Virus record (IMG/VR): IMGVR_UViG_3300032293_001810
Coordinates: 1-63,017 of that record
Direction: 5' to 3' (one strand)
Length of the DNA stretch: 63,017 nucleotides
Source of the DNA: a virus
Taxonomy: Duplodnaviria > Caudoviricetes
This document shows, one piece after another, positions 56,318 to 63,017 of the stretch; position 1 is the first letter of the stretch, and each line of letters starts with the position of its first letter. A program made the position numbers and the translations under genes. Below the pieces are notes generated by a model. It saw only the letters and a list, made by a program, of their open reading frames with translations. It was not told the origin of the DNA and searched no databases.

Positions 56318-56800
56318 TTAACCGAGTTGTTCGGTATCTTTGATTTCAATCAGCTTCAAGGCTTGGAAGTTAATGTTTGTTGCCATGAGAGTTTGACGAT
56401 TGACGGTAAAACTTTGGCTTTCTGGCTTACAACCTTTGATCAAATATCTTGACTTTTGCCCAGCACCAAAATCAGCTGAATCAGCTAATTCTAAATCAAT
56501 GCCTTGAGTGAAGAAATTGACTACATCAACGGTTCTTTGTTGATTTGTAGCGGTAGCGAGGTGGCTAGGGACTAAACCTTGTGATGCTGATCCACCATCT
56601 GGAACTACTCTCATAAAGCCTACTTGACAAGATACTGTTCTACCTACTGGTTCAATATCATAGCTATCAATAGATCCTAAAACATCCACTCTTTGAAGAG
56701 TATATGTTTCGGTAACGGTGATGTTTGTGCAATAGCCGATTGCCTTACCATCTTTTTTTACAATTGCGGATGCACCGCTGATTACTCTAGGTTGTACCAT
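56318..56800 (-). CDS. Tail tube protein
   Basis: Follows the sheath gene; G..IG...I...E.Y......V.G......E..P pattern. Confidence 0.8.
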   Translation of the reverse strand: MVQPRVISGASAIVKKDGKAIGYCTNITVTETYTLQRVDVLGSIDSYDIEPVGRTVSCQVGFMRVVPDGGSASQGLVPSHLATATNQQRTVDVVNFFTQGIDLELADSADFGAGQKSRYLIKGCKPESQSFTVNRQTLMATNINFQALKLIEIKDTEQLG

Positions 56801-56802
56801 GA

Positions 56803-58740
56803 CTAAATTCTCCCAACATTAGCGGTGATTGTGATGAAATTGAGAGGCTCAACACCTGCTACTGAGTACACTACACTAAGAACATCACCTGATTGACGGA
56901 CTACAACATCTTTGAAATCAAGGATTAGTCCGCTATCTCTTTGAAAGCTCAAGCGATTGATTGTAAGCCGTTGAACATTGTCTTTTTGTGCAACGGTTGA
57001 TTTACTACCAATTTCAGTATCAAGGAAGAGTCTTAAATCTCTAATGCTAAGGTTAATGCTTTCATTCGCTGAAACCTCAGTATAGAATGGATTGTTGTCC
57101 TTCAACCACGTTGTGATTGATCGTTCTACCTTGAGGCCACGATCTTGACCGTTCAAAACTACAATACCTTTTTGGATTGCAAGGCTAGCGTCTGACTCAG
57201 CATTAAAGGCTTGAACGGTATCAAAAATCTTAGGTTGTTTTCTTGTGAGAGGGGTAGCAACACCTAGTGAAGCTTGAAGGCAAGCCATAAAGAAAGCTAA
57301 GGCTTTAGGTGCTAAAGTCTTTTTCTCACCATTGATTAACACGATAGGGGATTGACCTACTACGGCACAATTACGGTCATTCAAAACTTTTACATATTGA
57401 GCATTGATCTGGCTAAGTGTTAAATTTGCACTTGTACCTACCCATGCGTTTCGTTCAAGTCCCGCTTCTACTGAAGCCTTTACACAATGTTCTTTAACAA
57501 GTGTATGGATAGCAATGTCATCAGTGTATGCAACAACGATATTAATTTGCTTGTACACTAAAGCATCAAGAGCCGATTGCCAATCGCTAGAGGTAAGTGA
57601 GCCTACGGATCCACCAATCAAGCTAAAGCCTACGGTTGAGCCTACTGGTCTATCACCGCTTACGATTTCACCTTCTACTACAAGGCTTCCATCTAGGAAA
57701 TCTTTGAGGAAAGAGCAATCACAAGTGAGAGATAGAGGACTTGATGTAATGCTAAGATTTGCAACATTATCAAGTTGTTCACCGCTTACAATGGATTCGG
57801 GCAAAACTACATCAATATCAGAATTGATCTGATTGATTGTTGTGAGTGTGCTGCTTAAATTAGAGATATCGGAAAGCTTCACGGAATACAATGCACCGCT
57901 GATTTCAATACTACCAGCATAATCACTTGCACCATCCAAAACAATGCTTGTGATTTGTGAGTATTCTTGACTTGTTGTGATTGTTGTACCTATTGCACCT
58001 GAAGGCAAGGTGGTAGTAGTAGTGATTGTGCTACCTGATTCGGATAAGCCGTGAATAGTAATCGCAACGGCTGAAGGTGTGCTACTTGTTCTTTGGGTAA
58101 AGGTAAGTGTACCGCTCACAATCAATCCACCGAAATCAATAGAAGTACCGGGGATGATGATTGATGAGGTAACATTCTTGATAAAATTGACGGCAAGTTT
58201 ATCAGTAGCTTGATTGATCAGTAATTTTGCATCGCTGAGTAAAGTACCAGTGTATTGTAAACTTGCAATCTTGCCTTTACCAATACCTAGATTTTTCTCT
58301 ACGAGATTACCGCTTTCATATACATAAAGATCGTACAAGTCAGCATCATCACCGTTTTCATCCAAAGCAACAAAAACACGATTACCACATGGACCGTAAT
58401 GTTTGGCTTTGATCTTGAGACCGTTGATTGTCTTACTTGCTTGTGTTGTATTGCGAGCATTCACGATTGTGATACTTGTGGGATTGCCACCTAAATCGGC
58501 TCTAGGTGAGAAACCGATCTGACCGAGTACATCTAAACCGTATTCCCCCCCAGTAGCTTCTAAGAAGGCTTCTAGGTTGTCATAGGTGTTGACGCTATCT
58601 TTTTGGAAGAGGGGGAAATCACCGACAAGAGCTACTGCACCGCTTGCAATGCTTGGATTTGTAGTAGGTGCTTGTTTGATTTCACCGTAGACGCCGGGAC
58701 GATATTTTCTTCCACCTTGAAAGATGATAGATGAAGGCAT
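56803..58740 (-). CDS. Contractile tail sheath protein
   Basis: N-terminal RPGVY; A..YG..GN; W..AL..L; LT.K; ITT; V..V.PLNFI.IT. Confidence 0.9.
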   Translation of the reverse strand: MPSSIIFQGGRKYRPGVYGEIKQAPTTNPSIASGAVALVGDFPLFQKDSVNTYDNLEAFLEATGGEYGLDVLGQIGFSPRADLGGNPTSITIVNARNTTQASKTINGLKIKAKHYGPCGNRVFVALDENGDDADLYDLYVYESGNLVEKNLGIGKGKIASLQYTGTLLSDAKLLINQATDKLAVNFIKNVTSSIIIPGTSIDFGGLIVSGTLTFTQRTSSTPSAVAITIHGLSESGSTITTTTTLPSGAIGTTITTSQEYSQITSIVLDGASDYAGSIEISGALYSVKLSDISNLSSTLTTINQINSDIDVVLPESIVSGEQLDNVANLSITSSPLSLTCDCSFLKDFLDGSLVVEGEIVSGDRPVGSTVGFSLIGGSVGSLTSSDWQSALDALVYKQINIVVAYTDDIAIHTLVKEHCVKASVEAGLERNAWVGTSANLTLSQINAQYVKVLNDRNCAVVGQSPIVLINGEKKTLAPKALAFFMACLQASLGVATPLTRKQPKIFDTVQAFNAESDASLAIQKGIVVLNGQDRGLKVERSITTWLKDNNPFYTEVSANESINLSIRDLRLFLDTEIGSKSTVAQKDNVQRLTINRLSFQRDSGLILDFKDVVVRQSGDVLSVVYSVAGVEPLNFITITANVGRI

Positions 58741-58754
58741 GAGAGTCTCCTTGA

Positions 58755-59369
58755 TTAAATTTTCTTGTAGGTTGTGATATCCCCACCATTAAGATCAAGT
58801 TGCACAAAGATAGGCAATTCAATCATTGATGTTGTGGATATTGTTGGCAAGTACATGTGATGAATTGCGGTAAATTTGAGCCTTCGCTTGAAATTTGCAA
58901 GTGAGTTAGACTCAGCACTCAAGGTTGTCTCTTGATCCATATCAGTACTTGATACAAACCTAAGATTATCATATCCAACCTTGATTAAGGCTGATTTGTA
59001 TTGCATGAAACTAGCATGTGTAATTGCATGTAGGATACGGACTAAATCTTGATCTTGTGCATAGATATTGATATCCACCGATTGTAAGGTTAAAAGATGA
59101 TGATGAGTTTCATCGCTCATATCACCCAAACCTTGAGTTTCAAAAGCTTGTTCCGTCAATTTGATACTGATCATAGGCAAGCTCTGAACTTTACCCTCAT
59201 TCGCTAGATCGATTGAGATAGGACGCTTGGCTTGGGTATCCATAAAGAGCTGATAGAATTTAGATTGTAAGCTTGTCGCAATCGTAGGGAATAGCTGATT
59301 AAACCTTGTTTGATTAGAATACAAGGCTAAACCATTTCTCAGTATGTGACTAAAGTGAAGATCAAACAT
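58755..59369 (-). CDS. Tail terminator/completion protein
   Basis: Position between the neck and sheath genes. Confidence 0.55.
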   Translation of the reverse strand: MFDLHFSHILRNGLALYSNQTRFNQLFPTIATSLQSKFYQLFMDTQAKRPISIDLANEGKVQSLPMISIKLTEQAFETQGLGDMSDETHHHLLTLQSVDINIYAQDQDLVRILHAITHASFMQYKSALIKVGYDNLRFVSSTDMDQETTLSAESNSLANFKRRLKFTAIHHMYLPTISTTSMIELPIFVQLDLNGGDITTYKKI

Positions 59370-60174
59370 TGAAGAAATCCAGTGATGCGGTGGCTTGAGT
59401 AAGTAGCGGTGTATGTAGCTCAGTAGGTTGCTTGTAAATTACCTTAGTATCCCTAATGCTATGAGGATAACTACCAATCTTATAAATAGGATGCATGTAA
59501 TAAGAGATAGAGAATAATGTGTTAGGTTGGGGGGCAAGGCTAGGAGATAGACTAAAATCAATCTTACCGTCATTTGTGATAGTGAAATGCTCATCTTGAA
59601 CGAGTGTAGCACCCACAATTCCCAAACCTTGAGCATTTGCTTTTTGAAGGTAAAGTACACCAATTTCAACCTCCCCCGATGCTAAATTCATTGATCTTTT
59701 AATGATGGGGTAACGAGTACTAGCGACTAATCCACTACTTGGCATTGTCACGCTCTCAGTGTATCTCATGACGGAATGCTGAAGAATAAGCTTATCCCCA
59801 AAAGCAAGTAAATGCTCTGGATGTGTTGTGATATTAACTTTCTCATCACGATATACACCATACTCACTCACGGAATACACGCCCCCCATGCTTGTGATAA
59901 TAGCCATGATGATTTGGGGGGAATGTAGGATAATCCCTTGACCTTTACATACGGGGCAAGAGTTATTAAAGCCAGTGGTGCTACCTACGGTGCTTGAGAT
60001 AGTGGATAAATCTAAACCTAAATCACTACCTTGTTGTCTACACGGACATTCAGCCGTTTGATACCACAAGACTTCTTGCCCTTTTTGATCAACCAATTGC
60101 TTAAATTGCTTGTCCATGAAATCAACACGATTTTTCCGTTGATCCATTTGATTAAGAGGTAATTGCATGCTCAA
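59362..60174 (-). CDS. Head-closure/neck protein (SPO1/Twort-like)
   Basis: G..V.W....CPC and CPVCKG.G, LAFGDK. Confidence 0.7.
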   Translation of the reverse strand: MSMQLPLNQMDQRKNRVDFMDKQFKQLVDQKGQEVLWYQTAECPCRQQGSDLGLDLSTISSTVGSTTGFNNSCPVCKGQGIILHSPQIIMAIITSMGGVYSVSEYGVYRDEKVNITTHPEHLLAFGDKLILQHSVMRYTESVTMPSSGLVASTRYPIIKRSMNLASGEVEIGVLYLQKANAQGLGIVGATLVQDEHFTITNDGKIDFSLSPSLAPQPNTLFSISYYMHPIYKIGSYPHSIRDTKVIYKQPTELHTPLLTQATASLDFFNV

Positions 60175-60180
60175 GCCTTT

Positions 60181-61146
60181 CTAAATGATTGCGATATTCA
60201 TAGCACGATATTTAGCTTTGAGTTGAGGGATAACTTGAGCAAGCTCAGCTTGGTATTGCTTGATCAAAGCATTGTAAGCCCCCGCATCACCTGATTTAGT
60301 TGTGCTAATACTTTGAGACAAGCCGTCAACACCTAAACTAAAATTAGATATACCCGCACCGAAAACGAGATTACCACTTACACCGAGAGGAAGAATGCTA
60401 GCCATCAAGCTAATTGCCTTAATCAAAGCTGGCTCAACGGTTGTAAGTTTCCATGTGATTTGTGTATCTTGAGTAGGTGCTTGTGAGACGCCTATAGTAA
60501 AAACCTTTGTGCCAGCTATTTTCATCTTCGGGTTGAGTGCACCATTGCTTGCACCAGTAAATTCACATTCAACAATAGGTTTAGTTGATAGCGTAGCACC
60601 TGGTATTGTCACATCTACACTTGTTTCCCCCGCCTTAATTATGGCAATACCTTCTTCAAATCTAAATCCCGCAATGTAATCCACGCCCCAATAGCCCGGG
60701 ACATTTACATAAGGATTGAAAATATCCCCAAAGACAAGAGGCATACCACTTCTAAAGAAATATGAGCCTATGCTTTCGCTAGTAGGTACTAAATTGACAA
60801 TCCCCGCCTCTGGCTCAATCACATTAAACCACGAGATAGGCATGACCATAAACGGATTATTACCTATTTGTAGTTTAACCTCAGTGACATTCACTACTGG
60901 ACGGTGATTAAGATGCCATGGCCAAAAGCTTTCTCTATCTTTGATATTAGCATCATGTCTTTCCCCTACTACTCGTAGAGGATCAATCACAATCCCTAAT
61001 TCCATCTCAAGAGATGAGACGGCTTGCTTGATTGCATCAGTGAGTAAAAAATCACTAAACGGACTACCTTGATCCGTTGTTAAGTCAATTCCACCTAAAT
61101 ATGTTTGTCTTAGTCTTTGGGGGGTAACAAAATCAAATATGCTCAT
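60181..61146 (-). CDS. Head-tail adaptor/neck protein
   Basis: YL.GIDL, AV..LE..L.I, RPV..V, VDY.AG, GI....L.VDGLSQS. Confidence 0.7.
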   Translation of the reverse strand: MSIFDFVTPQRLRQTYLGGIDLTTDQGSPFSDFLLTDAIKQAVSSLEMELGIVIDPLRVVGERHDANIKDRESFWPWHLNHRPVVNVTEVKLQIGNNPFMVMPISWFNVIEPEAGIVNLVPTSESIGSYFFRSGMPLVFGDIFNPYVNVPGYWGVDYIAGFRFEEGIAIIKAGETSVDVTIPGATLSTKPIVECEFTGASNGALNPKMKIAGTKVFTIGVSQAPTQDTQITWKLTTVEPALIKAISLMASILPLGVSGNLVFGAGISNFSLGVDGLSQSISTTKSGDAGAYNALIKQYQAELAQVIPQLKAKYRAMNIAII

Positions 61147-61166
61147 AGATACTCCACTAAGGTGGG

Positions 61167-61472
61167 CTATGATCCACCCTTCTTTTTAGATTTCTTAGGC
61201 TTGGCAACCTCAAGCTCTTCATCCCCTACTATACTTAAAAATAAATTCTCTTGCTTATCTTCAATTTGTGGTTGCTCTTCTTTTGAGCCTTCCTCTCTCT
61301 TATCCTCGTACCATGTGAAGAGAGATGGATTTAATTTGATGTAGGCTTCTTCAGTTGAATGGAATTTAGTTAAAACCCTACCACTTGGCATCTCAACCAT
61401 AAATTTAATTCCTCTAAATTGTGTGATGAATGCACCACTTCCCATAGTAAATTTTCTATTATAGATCCACAT
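61167..61472 (-). CDS. Hypothetical protein following the major capsid gene
   Basis: Acidic/basic tail, as commonly seen after MCP genes. Confidence 0.5.
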   Translation of the reverse strand: MWIYNRKFTMGSGAFITQFRGIKFMVEMPSGRVLTKFHSTEEAYIKLNPSLFTWYEDKREEGSKEEQPQIEDKQENLFLSIVGDEELEVAKPKKSKKKGGS

Positions 61473-61499
61473 GTGAGATGCCTTATCTAGTTATTTATC

Positions 61500-62990
61500 T
61501 TAGAAATTAGCGTTTAAATAGTTTGCTGCAACACCTGATGCATTGTTTGTACCAGCATTACGGACAACCCAAAACTTGTTAGGTGTCTTAACCATGAGTG
61601 AGCCGAACAACATGAGCAAGAAAGGCTTGGTTGTAGAAACTTGTGCTAAATCTTTTCTCATGAAATCCATCAATTTAGCGAAAGCCATTTGACCAGGATC
61701 ATGATTTGCAAAAATGATATGTGAGCAACCATACATAAAGTGATTGAAATCAGCGAAGCTATTACCTTCAAGTTGGCTTGCGGATACTTCCATGATGAAT
61801 TTCAATGTATCGGTATTGACGGCTGCGGTTGAGCTAGCCTTAGCGGTACGATATAAGCGATAAGAGATTGCTGGATTACCAGTACGAGTAATCTTCATGC
61901 TTACTTTATCACCTGATGCAATTTGAACGGCATCAGAAACGATAGGCAAAGTCATACCGAGTTTGTTTACGGCTACTACTGCATATTTGTAATAACCAGC
62001 ATCACCAGCCTTGAACTTGCTCTTGTTGGTGGTGTCATTTGCTGCGGTTGGTTGTGTACCAAAAGAAGCGGAGATACCATGACCAGCAAGTTCAATTGAA
62101 TTAGGCTTTTCTGATCTTTCAAGGAAAGGTGCACTAACAATTTCTACTGGACCATATGGAGCCATAACGGTGATAGATTTAACACCTGCAACAATGGAAT
62201 TACCGCTTACGGAAATGTCATAACGACCTTGTTCATTGAATTGTTTTTGTAATTCAGCATAAACATTAGGAGTTACATAAATAGTATCTGGTTCACCGAA
62301 ATTTGGGCTTGAATAGACGGCACCGAGAATTTCTTGGAGCAAGAGAATTGTAGGTGCACTACCTTCCAAATCCCAAGTATTTGAGCGATATGGACGACCT
62401 TGACCATCAACAATCGCACCGCTTGTACGTTCAATTTGCTTGATCAAACCATCAAAACCATCTGGATTAACATCTTCATCACCAAACCAAAGAGCCTTTT
62501 CCATCTTCTTGAGAAGAGTTAAAGTACCTCTTTCGGTTTCTTCAGCGAGAGCGGTTGAATTGCCACCGAGAAGAGAAAGCATAGAAGCCATATCAGAAAC
62601 TTGGCGTCTTTCAGCCATGAACTTGATCTTGACAAATTTTCTTTCATAAACGGATTGATTTGTAGAAAGAGTATCGCTACCGCCTTGACCTTCAGAGATG
62701 AATGGAGAAGAATCTAAACCATTTTCAATGACTGAGGTATATTCATGAACAAAATTATTAGCGGTTGTTTTTGCTAATTTTTGCCATAAGGTGAGGTGCT
62801 TGGTTTGGAAGGTTGCGATTGCTAAGTTTGGTTCAATGCTTTGAAGAGCAAGAGGACTTAAAGAGCCATCACCCATTTGAGCGGGAGTTTGATAGCCAAC
62901 GAAACCGGGGGTAGCTTTACGAATAGCGTCATTTAAACGAACTAAATCGCTTACATTGACCATATCGTTATTTTGTGGTAAACCGAACAT
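61500..62990 (-). CDS. Major capsid protein (SPO1/Twort-like HK97 fold)
   Basis: L..QSIE..L...T, K......VHEY, E.AL..GD.....FDGL.K.I, LM......V......L..G.L....P.K.....N. Confidence 0.9.
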   Translation of the reverse strand: MFGLPQNNDMVNVSDLVRLNDAIRKATPGFVGYQTPAQMGDGSLSPLALQSIEPNLAIATFQTKHLTLWQKLAKTTANNFVHEYTSVIENGLDSSPFISEGQGGSDTLSTNQSVYERKFVKIKFMAERRQVSDMASMLSLLGGNSTALAEETERGTLTLLKKMEKALWFGDEDVNPDGFDGLIKQIERTSGAIVDGQGRPYRSNTWDLEGSAPTILLLQEILGAVYSSPNFGEPDTIYVTPNVYAELQKQFNEQGRYDISVSGNSIVAGVKSITVMAPYGPVEIVSAPFLERSEKPNSIELAGHGISASFGTQPTAANDTTNKSKFKAGDAGYYKYAVVAVNKLGMTLPIVSDAVQIASGDKVSMKITRTGNPAISYRLYRTAKASSTAAVNTDTLKFIMEVSASQLEGNSFADFNHFMYGCSHIIFANHDPGQMAFAKLMDFMRKDLAQVSTTKPFLLMLFGSLMVKTPNKFWVVRNAGTNNASGVAANYLNANF

Positions 62991-63017
62991 ATGTATCGCT
63001 CCTAGAGATTATATTGT

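Overview
The window is ~63 kb of an AT-rich tailed dsDNA bacteriophage with a contractile tail. Its capsid, neck and sheath proteins resemble SPO1/Twort (Herelleviridae)-type proteins; the host cannot be determined from the sequence. Layout: (i) 1-12.5 kb, an accessory island with paired multi-HTH proteins, two beta-class DNA methyltransferases, two orphan type I HsdM genes with no HsdS/HsdR in the window, and a serine resolvase/invertase; (ii) 12.6-24.9 kb, replication genes (primase-VapE helicase, SSB-like protein, ThyX, PolA, Cas4-like nuclease, SNF2-like helicase); (iii) 24.9-33.1 kb, terminase and a long tail fibre; (iv) 33.1-33.9 kb, a dyad-symmetric non-coding element of 21-bp-spaced repeats and G/C tracts, with one arm repeated in inverted orientation at the window's left end; (v) 34-44 kb, RecU, beta clamp, class Ia RNR, GroES-like, DUF550, DUF1599 and an M15 endolysin; (vi) 44-63 kb, a minus-strand morphogenesis operon from major capsid to baseplate with a -1 frameshift tail chaperone. 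The best candidates for undescribed biology are the multi-HTH/orphan-methyltransferase island, the duplicated origin-like element, and beta-clamp-binding-like motifs in PolA and a multi-HTH protein. All annotations come from by-eye motif recognition; no database searches or computations were run.
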